Shown: positions 53,904 to 63,968 of the stretch, piece by piece
How the letters are laid out: each line of letters opens with the position of its first letter
Numbering within the stretch: position 1 is the first letter of the stretch
Source: an uncultured Rivularia sp.
Lineage (GTDB): Bacteria; Cyanobacteriota; Cyanobacteriia; Cyanobacteriales; Nostocaceae
Direction of reading: 5' to 3'
DNA length: 64,000 nucleotides
Assembly (NCBI GenBank): GCA_963665115.1
Contig: OY762007.1
Location: forward strand, 384,001 to 448,000
Notes under the pieces: model-generated
What the model saw: only the letters and a program-made list of their open reading frames with translations
What the model was told of the DNA's origin: nothing
Database searches by the model: none
Made by a program: the position numbers and the translations under genes

Positions 53904-55322
53904 ATGCAAGACAACCTTAGACTAGAAAATTCACCGTCTCCCGAACTTTCCCGCCCGTCGCGATTAGCGGTGACGGTGGCAGCTTTTGCTATGGGTGGAG
54001 CTAGTATTTACACGCTGCAAAAGTTTATCGGTGGTGAAGTAGCGCAAAAACCACAAGCACCAATCCCAGCAATTCCAAAGATAGAAACGGTAACTGCGTT
54101 AGGAAGACTCGAACCCAAGGGAGAAGTTGTTCAGCTTTCTGCACCAGCAATGGGAGCAGAAGGAAGTCGAGTTGAGCAGTTACTTGTAAGGCAGGGAGAT
54201 AAGGTACAAACCGATCAAGTAATAGCGATTTTAGATAGTCGAGATCGGCTTATGGCTGCTTTTAAAGAAGCAAAGGAAGCTGTAAGAGTTGCTCAAGCTA
54301 ACCTTGCTTTGGTTAAAGCAGGTGCAAAACAAGGAGACATCAACGCCCAGAAAGCTGGTATTGCTCGCTTGCAGGCTGAAAAAACTACAGAAATCAAAGC
54401 ACAACAAGCAGCAATTAATAGATTGCAAGTTGAACAAACTACCGAAGCTAGAGCGCAACAAGCAACTATTAATCGATTGCAAGCTGAAAGAGTTAGAGAA
54501 ATAGAAGCGCAAAGAGCAACTATTGCTCGAAAAGAGGCAGAGTTAGAAAATGCTCGATTAGAATACCAGCGTTATCAAAGCTTGTACAAAGCAGGAGCGA
54601 TCGCCACATCTTTAAGAGACAGCAAGCGTTTGGTTGTACAAATAACAACAGAGCAATTAGCAGAAGCTAGAGCAAATCTACAACGGATCAAATCCTCCAA
54701 AGAGCAGCAATTAGCAGAAGCGCGAGCTAATTTAGAACGTATCCAATCATCCCGACAGCAGCAAGTTGCCCAAGAAAAAGCCAATTTAGAACGCATTCAA
54801 TCATCTTTAGAACAACAAATAAATCAAAGTAAAGCAACTTTAGAAAGTATCGCAGAAGTTCGAGCGGTAGATGTGGTAGTTGCTCAAGCAGAAATTAACC
54901 GAGCTGTCGCAGCAATGAATCGAGCAGAAGCAGATTTAAAGCAAGCTTACGTGCGTTCCCCTCAAAGTGGTCAAATATTTGACGTTCATACTCGCCCTGG
55001 GGAAAAAGTATCAAACGAAGGAATAGTTGAAATTGGTCAAACTAGTACTATGTACGCGATAGTCGAAGTTTACCAAAGCGACATTAATAAGATACGTTTG
55101 GGACAAGAAGTAGAACTTTTAGCTGATGCAGTACCGGGTAAATTAACCGGGATTGTAGATCGAATTGGCTTGCAGGTACTGCGGCAAAATGTAGTTAATA
55201 GCGATCCATCAACAAATATTGATTCCCGAATCATCGAAATTCACGTGCGTTTAAACGAAGAATCTAGCGAAAAAGCTGCCAGATTTACGAATTTACAAGT
55301 AAAAGCAGTTGTTGAAATTTAA
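53904..55322 (+). CDS. DevB-family ABC exporter membrane fusion protein
   Basis: VTALGRLEPKGEV; long coiled coil; AIVEVYQSDI; FTNLQVKAVV. Probably a paralogue rather than heterocyst devB itself. Confidence 0.9.
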   Translation: MQDNLRLENSPSPELSRPSRLAVTVAAFAMGGASIYTLQKFIGGEVAQKPQAPIPAIPKIETVTALGRLEPKGEVVQLSAPAMGAEGSRVEQLLVRQGDKVQTDQVIAILDSRDRLMAAFKEAKEAVRVAQANLALVKAGAKQGDINAQKAGIARLQAEKTTEIKAQQAAINRLQVEQTTEARAQQATINRLQAERVREIEAQRATIARKEAELENARLEYQRYQSLYKAGAIATSLRDSKRLVVQITTEQLAEARANLQRIKSSKEQQLAEARANLERIQSSRQQQVAQEKANLERIQSSLEQQINQSKATLESIAEVRAVDVVVAQAEINRAVAAMNRAEADLKQAYVRSPQSGQIFDVHTRPGEKVSNEGIVEIGQTSTMYAIVEVYQSDINKIRLGQEVELLADAVPGKLTGIVDRIGLQVLRQNVVNSDPSTNIDSRIIEIHVRLNEESSEKAARFTNLQVKAVVEI

Positions 55323-55589
55323 AAGAATTGGTAATTGGGAATAGGGCATTGGGAATAGGTAAGAAAAATAATGCTTGTTGAGTAACTTATTGATTGAGAA
55401 GTAGAAAAATTTAGTACATAAGGTACCGAATAAAAGTTATTGATTCACCCATTTAGACAAATTTTAAAAGCATATTAAAGGTTGACAGCTAAGAATTCAG
55501 AATTAATAAAATAATCTACCCCTAAGCCTCTTATTCCTATACCCATTACCAATTACCAATTACCAATTACCAATTACCCTAAAATTAAT

Positions 55590-56771
55590 ATGATTGGATT
55601 TATCCAACAGTTACAAAGAAGAACTCCTTTAGGCTGGTTGCAATTAACTCGTCAAAAAGGACGTTTAGCAGTGGCACTATCGGGTGTTGCTTTTGCGGAT
55701 TTGCTGATGTTGATGCAGCTTGGTTTCCGAAGTGCTTTGTTTAATAGCGCGACTATATTACATGAGAGCTTAAAGGCAGATATCGTCTTGTTAAGTCCGC
55801 AAGCGCTTAATTTGCAAGATTTATCTACTTTTACTCGCAGACGACTTTATCAAGCAATGGACGTGCCGGGAGTCGCAAACGCAGAGCCAATTTACAACAG
55901 TCTTGTAACTTGGAAAAACCCCCAAACTGGTCTGAAGACACAGGTAATGATTATTGGGTTTAATCCCAATAAACCGGCGTTTGATTTGCCAGAGGTGAAT
56001 AACAATATTAATTCAATTAAACTGCCAGATACTATTTTATTTGATGAAGCAACTAGAGGCGAATATGGCGAAGTAATTGCTCAAATAAAACAAGGTAAAA
56101 CCGTAACAACAGAAATAAAAGGAAGAACTGTAACAATAGATAACTTGTTTAAAGTTGGGGCATCCTTTGCCGCCGATGGAACTTTAATGACTAGCGACCA
56201 AAACTTTTTAAGATTGTTTTCTAACCAAGACTCGGGAAGCGTTAATTTAGGTTTGATTAGTTTAAAACCTGGTTATGAAGCTGAAGAAGTAGCGGAAAAG
56301 TTAAAGTATCATCTCAGAAATGCCGATGATATCAAAATATTAACAAAAGAAGAATTTATTGAATTTGAAAAAGCCTACTGGCAAACCAATACCCCTATCG
56401 GATTTATTTTCGCTTTGGGTACAATGATGGGTTTTATTGTAGGAGTAATTATTGTTTATCAAGTACTTTCTACAGATGTTAACGCTCATATTAAAGAATA
56501 CGCGACTTTCAAAGCGATGGGCTATAAAAACTTCTTTTTACTAAGCGTAGTTTTTGAAGAAGCGATAATTCTAGCTATATTAGGTTTTCTTCCAGGGGCT
56601 GCGATTTCAACGGGACTATATGCACTTACCCGCAATGCAACCAATTTACCGCTTTACATGACCGTAGCAAGAGCAGTTCAAGTACAGGTTATGACCATTA
56701 TTATGTGCATGATTTCCGGTGCCGTAGCTACTCGTAAAGTCCAATCGGCAGATCCAGCAGATATGTTTTAA
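55590..56771 (+). CDS. DevC-family ABC transporter permease
   Basis: PLGWLQL...MQLGF; VYQVLSTDV..H..EYATFKAMGY; ADPADMF. Confidence 0.92.
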   Translation: MIGFIQQLQRRTPLGWLQLTRQKGRLAVALSGVAFADLLMLMQLGFRSALFNSATILHESLKADIVLLSPQALNLQDLSTFTRRRLYQAMDVPGVANAEPIYNSLVTWKNPQTGLKTQVMIIGFNPNKPAFDLPEVNNNINSIKLPDTILFDEATRGEYGEVIAQIKQGKTVTTEIKGRTVTIDNLFKVGASFAADGTLMTSDQNFLRLFSNQDSGSVNLGLISLKPGYEAEEVAEKLKYHLRNADDIKILTKEEFIEFEKAYWQTNTPIGFIFALGTMMGFIVGVIIVYQVLSTDVNAHIKEYATFKAMGYKNFFLLSVVFEEAIILAILGFLPGAAISTGLYALTRNATNLPLYMTVARAVQVQVMTIIMCMISGAVATRKVQSADPADMF

Positions 56772-56832
56772 CGGTGAGCAGTTACCAATTACCAATTACC
56801 AATTACCAATTACCAGTTAGCTTACTTTATTT

Positions 56833-57549
56833 ATGAATTCTGTTATTTCGGTTCGCAATCTGAATCATTTTTTTGGGAAGGGGCAACTCCGCAAGCAGGT
56901 GTTGTTTGATATCAATTTGGATATTGGGGCTGGTGAAATTATTATTATGACTGGCCCTTCTGGTTCTGGTAAAACTACTCTGCTTACTTTGATTGGTGGG
57001 TTGCGTTCGGCTCAGGAGGGGAGTATGAAGGTTTTAAATAAAGAAATGTGTGGCGCTAAACCCAAACAATTAGTGCGAGCGCGACGTGATAATGGCTATA
57101 TATTTCAGGCTCATAATTTACACGAAAGTTTAACGGCTGTGCAAAATGTTCGCATGGGTTTGGAAGTACATGGAAATATTTCACCCAAAGATATGCATAC
57201 CCGTTCTGTTGAGATGTTGGATTTAGTTGGTTTGGGGAATCGTGTTAATTATTATCCGGATGATTTGTCTGGAGGGCAAAAGCAGAGAGTGGCGATCGCC
57301 AGAGCTTTGGTAGCTCGTCCTAAAATTGTCTTGGCGGATGAACCAACTGCTGCGCTTGATAAAAAATCTGGTCGAGATGTGGTGAATTTAATGCAGTCTT
57401 TAGCGAAAGAACAAGGCTGTACGATTCTTTTGGTAACTCACGATAATCGTATTTTAGATATAGCCGACCGCATTGTATATATGGAAGATGGCAAGCTGGC
57501 TAAAAATCCTGTGGAAGCTGAGGTTCCTACTGCTGTTGTGGGGGAATAG
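56833..57549 (+). CDS. DevA-family ABC transporter ATP-binding protein
   Basis: GPSGSGKTT; LSGGQKQRVAIARA; LADEPTAALD. Confidence 0.93.
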   Translation: MNSVISVRNLNHFFGKGQLRKQVLFDINLDIGAGEIIIMTGPSGSGKTTLLTLIGGLRSAQEGSMKVLNKEMCGAKPKQLVRARRDNGYIFQAHNLHESLTAVQNVRMGLEVHGNISPKDMHTRSVEMLDLVGLGNRVNYYPDDLSGGQKQRVAIARALVARPKIVLADEPTAALDKKSGRDVVNLMQSLAKEQGCTILLVTHDNRILDIADRIVYMEDGKLAKNPVEAEVPTAVVGE

Positions 57550-57686
57550 GTAATAGGTAATTGGTAATTGGTAATTGGTAATTAGGAATGGGGAACGGGG
57601 AACAGTAATATAATTTAAACTCTTGTGGTACAGTCATCCTGCCCGTTCTAATTTCATGAAAAACTAATTTTATAAATACATTAAAA

Positions 57687-57711
57687 AGACGTAGCACTGC
57701 TACGTCTCTAC
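57687..57711. repeat. REP-like palindrome
   Basis: AGACGTAGCACTGCTACGTCTCTAC. Confidence 0.8.
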
Positions 57712-57742
57712 ATTAATTTCTATTTTTTATTACAGACAGCTA

Positions 57743-57946
57743 TTAGTATCCAACGATGTGAAGTAAATCGCGAACTACGCTGTAACCAGCTAAATCCCAT
57801 GCTAGGTAAGCTACGAAACCAATCATTGCTAAACGTCCGTTCCATAGTTCAGCTTGAGGATTGAAGCCGAAAAGAAAAGAGTTGCGGTCTTTGCCGTTAT
57901 ACGCTGGTGCTACTGGTGGTAAATCGGTTTTTGTTGGAGATTGCAT
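57743..57946 (-). CDS. High-light-inducible / chlorophyll a/b-binding one-helix protein
   Basis: GFNPQAELWNGRLAMIGF. Confidence 0.92.
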   Translation of the reverse strand: MQSPTKTDLPPVAPAYNGKDRNSFLFGFNPQAELWNGRLAMIGFVAYLAWDLAGYSVVRDLLHIVGY

Positions 57947-58468
57947 AATTAATTATTGCGGTTAAATTTATCTGTATGTTTCTAATGTAACGATTGATTA
58001 AAAAACTTGTTTCTGTCTAAAGACACAAGTTCGTTACATTTCTTCATGCTGATAAATCTACCTATAGGAGGTGAAAAATTTTATATTCATAAACATATGT
58101 TAAGGAAAGATGACATAATGCTATGTGAGTGATATGTGATTTGTCATTTTAAAATTGTTATTAATTAAGTAAAAATAAGTTATAGCAGTACTTTCAGGGA
58201 TCTATAATTTGATTTATTTAAGTAATTGAGGATGCAGCGAGTGCAGAATTAATTACAAGTAATAGACTTAAGCAAAAAAACTTCTATCTAATGCCCTATG
58301 GCTTTGGGCAATTTTTCTCACTTACGAGAGATGTTTAAAAGGGCTATATTGCTGGATTCTTAAGCTTAACAACTGGGTATTGCATGAATAAACAAAATTG
58401 ATTTTGCCGTCTTTTACACCGTTTTTGTTTTCCCCACACCAAAAGTTAACTTAGAGGAAGTTATTAGG

Positions 58469-61400
58469 ATGATTGAAAGTACGCATATAATACCTTTGCT
58501 ACCCAATATGACTTGGATAGCGCAGTTTTCCGATCCAGTCGAACCTTTAGCCCCATCTACAGCTTCCGTTGTTTTTGACGGGCCAAGGTTTTTTATTGCT
58601 TTGATTGCCGGTATTATCCTAGCTTTCGCCGCTCAGTTAGTATTAACAAATGCAGCAGTGGCTGCTGGCCTTTCATTTTTAGGTGGTTCATCTGATTCGG
58701 ACTCGAACTCAAATAATGATGGTCAAAGCGAAAGTTTAGGTAGCACTATTGGTAAGATAGGTACCGCTGTTGGTTTAGGTACGTTACTTTCGGTAACTGC
58801 TTCACTTTTCTTTGCCTGTCTCTTAGGGGTGAGACTCAGTGGATTGTCTATAGACGTAGCTTTAGGGGCAATTCTGGGGTTAGTAATTTGGGCCGCGTAC
58901 TTTTGTCTTCTGGTGTGGGTTAGTTCGACTGCGGTGGGTTCTTTAGTTGGTAACGTCGTTAATTCGGCAACTTCTGGACTTCAAGCAATCGCAGGAACTG
59001 CTACCGCCGCATTGGGAGCAAAAGCTGTAAACAAGCAGGTTGTCGCTACCGCAGAAGCAGCAGCCTCAGCGGTTCGTCACGAAATCGGTAATGCGATCGA
59101 CCCCGAAAGCATCAAGGAAAATTTAGAAGATTACTTGGATACGGTACGTCCCAAAGAGTTGGACGTACAATCAATACGTAAAGAATTTGAAAATCTACTT
59201 TCAGATGCATCACTTAACTCGCTAGCAGGTGCTGCGGAACTGCGTAATATTGATAAACAAAAGTTTGTAGAATTGGTTAGCAGTCGTACCGATCTTTCCA
59301 AAAAAGAAGTTAGACGGATTGCCGATACTTTATATGATGTTTGGAAGCAGACGGTAGGCTCTCAACAAGCTAGTTTGCCTAGTGCTGGAAACGGTTTGAG
59401 CGAACTGGTTGACTATCTCAAAACTGTTGCACCGGGACAAAGTAAAACTGATGAACTTGATGCTAAGTTAGATAGAGTTATTAGTGAAATGCGTTCCCAG
59501 AATCAAGGTAGTGGCAGTCAAGGACAGTCGTCAAGCCAGCAATCCGGGGGTGTATTGCAGATGGCCATACCACAAGCTTTAACAACCCTCAGTAGCGTGG
59601 TAATGGGAAGAACTGACCTATCCGATTTGGATGTAGAAAAGATTCTTGGTCAAATTACCCAAGCTAAAGATAAAGCTACCGTTCAAGCAGATAAGATGGG
59701 ACTTCCTACACCATCCCAGCCTTACAGCACCATTCGCGCTGATGTTGAAAATTATCTGCACAATACTTTTGCTTGGCAGTTTAGCGATGAAAAAGTTCGG
59801 CAGGAATTTCGCGACGTACTTTACGATCCAGCAGCAGATCCAGGTACGGTACGCCAGGAGTTGGAAAAGCTCGATCGCAGCGATTTTGTTAGCATTCTCA
59901 AACAGCGTGGTTTGTTAACTCAAACTGAGATCGTGCAAATTGCCAACCAGTTGGAAGCAGTTCGTAAAGGTGTGCTGGTACAGGTAAGGGCTGAGGAAGA
60001 AAAAGAAATAGTCTTAGATTTGCAGCGTCAGGTAGAAAGCTATTTGCTAGTAACTTCAAAGTCAGAATTAGATGCTGAAGGAATCAAGCAAAATTTCAAA
60101 CCAATTATAGAAGATTCGGATGCTGATTACGAGACATTAGCCATGCGCTTGTCTCGATTTGACCGGGGACAAATGCGTGGGATACTCGCACAGCGTAACG
60201 ATATTACTTCTGGGGAAATCGACCCAATTCTTGATGAATTGGAGCAACAGCGCGATCAAGCTTTGATTGAATCCAAAGGACTTGCAGATCAAGCGAAGTA
60301 TCAAGCAGAAAGCCTGTGGTTAAATTTAGAATCATACCTGCGTAATACAGGTAAAGAACAACTCAACCCCGATGCAATTCGCGGTGAGTTGAAAACTGCA
60401 CTACAAGATCCCCAAGCGGGAATGACAGCAATTCAGGCGCGATTAGCGCGTTTTGACCGCGACACTTTGGTACAATTGCTCAATCAACGTCAAGATTTGA
60501 GCGAAGACCAAATCAATGAAACCATTGATACTGTAGAACAGTCTTGGAGTAGCGTTCGTCATGCTCCTGGAAAGGTGGTAGATAAAGCCAAAGCTCAGTA
60601 CGACGACGTAACCACTACAATTGCAGACTATCTACGCAACACTGGTAAATCGGAACTTAACCCCGAAGGGATTCAGCGAGACTTTAATAAACTGTTTGAA
60701 AATCCCCAAGAAGGTGCCCTTTCTCTACGCCGCAGATTGTCGCAAGTTGATAGAGACACCTTAGTAAAACTACTGAGTCAGCGACAAGATATGAGCGAAG
60801 ATGAAGTTAACCAAACAATAGATTCGGTACAATCTTCAATTCGCGATATCATCCGTGCGCCAAAACGTATGGCTAGCCGTACCCAACAAAGAGTACAAGA
60901 CTTCCAAGCATATTTAGAAGAGTACCTGCGTCAAACCGGCAAGCAAGAACTTAACCCAGAAGGTATTAAACGCGACCTCAATCTGTTGTTAAACGATCCG
61001 CGAGTGGGAATGGATAGTTTAGGCGATCGCCTTTCTAAATTTGACCGTTCCACCATAGTTGCTTTGCTAAAAATTCGTGGAGACATGAGCAACCAGGAAG
61101 CCGAGCAAATTGCCGATAACATCATGTCAGTACGCGAGCAATTTGTAGCTCAGGTAAGAGGAATTCAGCGCCAGATTCAAGATACAATAGATGGAGTATT
61201 CGACCGAATTCGCTATTACCTCAACTCCTTGGAACGTCCCGAACTAAATTACGATGGCATCAAGCGCGATGTTCGCCAATTGTTCTACGATCCACAAGCG
61301 GGATTTGATGCCTTACGCGGTAGGTTATCATCATTCAACCGAGACACCTATGTAGCGCTAATGAGTTCTCGCGATGACATTTCCGAAACAGATGCCAACA

Positions 61401-61636
61401 AAGTCATCGATCAAATCGAGAATGCACGCAACAGCGTATTAAGAAGAGCAGAAAGAATCCAAGAAGAAGCACAGCGACGCTTGGAAGAAGTTAAGTACCA
61501 AGCCCAGAAGCAAGCCGAAGAAACCCGTAAAGCAGCAGCATCAGCAGCTACCTGGTTACTTGCAACAGCGGTTGTATCTGGTATTGCTTCGGCAGGTGCT
61601 GGAGCTTTAGCTGTATATTTTAATGCACCAGGCTAA
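58469..61636 (+). CDS. Large membrane-anchored helical-repeat protein of unknown function
   Basis: N-terminal TM helices and a C-terminal TM; repeated ~95-100 aa module YLRNTGK.ELNPEGI..D...L..DP..G...L..RL..FDRDTLV.LL.QR.D.SE. Confidence 0.8.
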   Translation: MIESTHIIPLLPNMTWIAQFSDPVEPLAPSTASVVFDGPRFFIALIAGIILAFAAQLVLTNAAVAAGLSFLGGSSDSDSNSNNDGQSESLGSTIGKIGTAVGLGTLLSVTASLFFACLLGVRLSGLSIDVALGAILGLVIWAAYFCLLVWVSSTAVGSLVGNVVNSATSGLQAIAGTATAALGAKAVNKQVVATAEAAASAVRHEIGNAIDPESIKENLEDYLDTVRPKELDVQSIRKEFENLLSDASLNSLAGAAELRNIDKQKFVELVSSRTDLSKKEVRRIADTLYDVWKQTVGSQQASLPSAGNGLSELVDYLKTVAPGQSKTDELDAKLDRVISEMRSQNQGSGSQGQSSSQQSGGVLQMAIPQALTTLSSVVMGRTDLSDLDVEKILGQITQAKDKATVQADKMGLPTPSQPYSTIRADVENYLHNTFAWQFSDEKVRQEFRDVLYDPAADPGTVRQELEKLDRSDFVSILKQRGLLTQTEIVQIANQLEAVRKGVLVQVRAEEEKEIVLDLQRQVESYLLVTSKSELDAEGIKQNFKPIIEDSDADYETLAMRLSRFDRGQMRGILAQRNDITSGEIDPILDELEQQRDQALIESKGLADQAKYQAESLWLNLESYLRNTGKEQLNPDAIRGELKTALQDPQAGMTAIQARLARFDRDTLVQLLNQRQDLSEDQINETIDTVEQSWSSVRHAPGKVVDKAKAQYDDVTTTIADYLRNTGKSELNPEGIQRDFNKLFENPQEGALSLRRRLSQVDRDTLVKLLSQRQDMSEDEVNQTIDSVQSSIRDIIRAPKRMASRTQQRVQDFQAYLEEYLRQTGKQELNPEGIKRDLNLLLNDPRVGMDSLGDRLSKFDRSTIVALLKIRGDMSNQEAEQIADNIMSVREQFVAQVRGIQRQIQDTIDGVFDRIRYYLNSLERPELNYDGIKRDVRQLFYDPQAGFDALRGRLSSFNRDTYVALMSSRDDISETDANKVIDQIENARNSVLRRAERIQEEAQRRLEEVKYQAQKQAEETRKAAASAATWLLATAVVSGIASAGAGALAVYFNAPG

Positions 61637-61684
61637 TTTAAGTTAATTTCAAATTAATTCAAATTGTCTTCGCTAAATTCCACC

Positions 61685-61712
61685 AGTCTCTCGTTATGAG
61701 GGGCTTTTTTTT
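61685..61712 (+). terminator. Probable rho-independent terminator
   Basis: AGTCTCTC...GAGGGGCT stem followed by a T-tract. Confidence 0.6.
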
Positions 61713-61754
61713 GCAGTTAACAGCGAGCAGTTACCAGTAATGAGTATTTCTTTT

Positions 61755-62093
61755 TAGCGACTTCCAAATTAAAAAATAGAAATATCCTGCTTTAGATCGC
61801 GTAGTGCGTTAACGAAGTGTGTCCGCAAGGACATACTTCTAGCTCGCTGGTTGTAACGAGGGAGCGAGACGCTCCCACTACAAGTAATTTACCCAGCTTT
61901 CATTAATGTGGTGGAGTATTAGTAGTTGATTGCATAAATTCTGAAGGGTTGTAGAGACGTTATACATAACGTCTCCCGAAGGTTACGGGAAAACGAACCT
62001 GTCAAATTTAATGCAATCGACTACTAGAGACACATAGCGAGCAAGATGCTCGCACTACCGTCGCAGGATGAATTATTTTTTGGAAATCCCTTA
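61755..62093. repeat. Nested cluster of MITE/REP elements
   Basis: Outer ends GACTTCCAAA...TTTGGAAATC; inner element AGTAGTTGATTGCAT...ATGCAATCGACTACT (61921-62025) containing a REP at 61951-61975; REP halves at 61801 and 62037-62058. Confidence 0.6.
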
Positions 62094-62106
62094 TATTATC
62101 CGAAAT

Positions 62107-62566
62107 TCACAAAATACTAAGATAAGTTTGCTCCGAATTCATTGGTAAAACTCTCAGCTTACGGTTTCTTAAATCGGGTTTCTAAACCTAAAACTGACCT
62201 TGGAGTTACACCTAATAAAGCGAATGTTACTTCTGTAAGCTCTAAACAATCAAAAGTACCTTGACGGTTTTCCACGCATAAATCAACATCACGAAAAATT
62301 CTTCCCTTCTGAACCCCGGCGCTGGTTTCTACCCTTGCTTCTCCACCTTGAACTAAACCTAATTGAGCGATTACAGCAGAAGGTAAACACAGTAAAGTTG
62401 CTCCTGTATCCACTAAAACATCAGTCAAAGTAGTTTTTCGTACTTCTTCTGCGGGAATAAAACCTCTTTCAGCTAAAACCTGGTCAATTCTGTTTGTAAC
62501 GGTGAGAGTAGCAATTACTTGCCCCATCTGTTTTCCCTGAAGATTTGGCATTTTTAGTTTACCCAT
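62107..62566 (-). CDS. Clan AA (retroviral-like) aspartyl protease; +1 frameshift at 62179-62181
   Basis: VLVDTGATLLCLP; ALLGV. Removing one base gives ...GLEPDLRNRKLRVLPMNSEQTYLSIL*. Confidence 0.85.
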
Positions 62567-62867
62567 TACCCACCTTTAACTAATTTTTCGACTTGAGAAA
62601 CCGATAAACTTGTTAATTTAGCTATCTCTTCTACCGCCATTCCTTGCTGTAACAAATTCATTGCAACCTGTTTTAATTGTGATTCTGCAAGTTCAGCACG
62701 CTGTCTTTGTTGTTCTGCGATATCATCAGAAGTTCGTAATAATTCACCTTTGATAGTTACCCAAGTTTATGCCGTTGAGTTTCCATTGGTACACCATCAT
62801 CACAGGGAAGTTCGTATTGCGTTGGGGGTAGTGTTACGTTAGTTTCAGATACAGTAATTTCTGACAT
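62566..62867 (-). pseudogene. Uma2/DUF820-family endonuclease remnant with internal deletion
   Basis: MSEITVSETNVTLPPTQYELPCDDGVPMETQRHKL joined out of frame to WVTIKGELLRTSDDIAEQQRQRAELAESQLKQVAMNLLQQGMAVEEIAKLTSLSVSQVEKLVKGG*. Confidence 0.72.
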
Positions 62868-63263
62868 GGCTGCAAGCAAGGAAGCTAATTCATCACCCCT
62901 TTATTCTATTTCATAGAAGGAAGCGGCAATTTCTCAATCAAAATCATCGCACCAGCAACCCGATACTCTTTACGGGCGATCGCCTACTTTTCTCTAATTT
63001 TCACAGAGGATGCAATTTGGCTAAACAAATATTTTTTTATTTATATGTTACGGGAGAAAAATGTCCCCTATGTGAGATAATTAAAAATATAAAAACAAAG
63101 CTAACTTTTTATAATGGCAATCTGTCTCAAATTTTTAACGAAGTTTATATTCCCATTATAAAAAATACCTTATATATCTAATTGTATCAGACAAGCGATT
63201 GCCAAGAAACATTTTTTGAGCAGTATTTGAAGAAAATCGAACGGTGAAGCTTTTTAGACATAA

Positions 63264-63968
63264 TCAAAGCTTCATTATCACCATCCAAGCGACACCGATG
63301 AGCAAACCCGCACCTTGGGCTAAATAACCCGCACCAATTGGATTGACACCGCCGGGAACATTTAAACTACCAATGCCGTAAAATAACTGTTGCACAAACC
63401 ACCAAAAACAATAGAAAAAAGCCGGTAGTTCGACGGGAATATACAAAATTACCAGCGGTAAAATAGAATCAATTTTAACTTTGGGGAACTTATAAATATA
63501 TGCTCCCAAAACAGATGCAACTGCACCGTTAGCACCTACTAAAGGGACAGCTAAACTAGGTTGGGCAATAATTTGTACTATCCCAGTCAAAAAACCGCAA
63601 AATAGATAGAATAATAAAAAACGTCTGCTACCAAGAATTTTCTCTAAAGTATTGCCGAAAACCCATAAAAATATTAAATTACCAATGATTTGGCTGTAGC
63701 TACCATGAATAAACATTCCTGAAAATATTGTTAACGAACGCCAAAATACGATTAATCCAGCAGCCGGATTTCCATTTATGGCACTACCAAAAGCAGTACT
63801 AAATTGTTCCGGAATCAAACCCCAATTATTGAAAAATGTAGCCAGTTCACCATTTATTTCTAATTTTATTTCCCATAAAAACAAAGCAACATTGATACCA
63901 ATTAAAAACCAAACCGCTAACGGCTTTTTATTAGTCAAAAGAAAAATTTTATCGCCTATAGGAATCAT
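63264..63968 (-). CDS. Rhomboid-family membrane protein lacking catalytic residues
   Basis: MFIHGSYSQIIGNLIFLWVFGNTLE; LVGANGAVASVLGAY; YLAQGAGLLIG. Confidence 0.85.
   Translation of the reverse strand: MIPIGDKIFLLTNKKPLAVWFLIGINVALFLWEIKLEINGELATFFNNWGLIPEQFSTAFGSAINGNPAAGLIVFWRSLTIFSGMFIHGSYSQIIGNLIFLWVFGNTLEKILGSRRFLLFYLFCGFLTGIVQIIAQPSLAVPLVGANGAVASVLGAYIYKFPKVKIDSILPLVILYIPVELPAFFYCFWWFVQQLFYGIGSLNVPGGVNPIGAGYLAQGAGLLIGVAWMVIMKL

Noticed and set aside
58469..61636. MFS transporter call for the 1055-aa protein
   Set aside because: Only about four TM segments and no MFS motifs.
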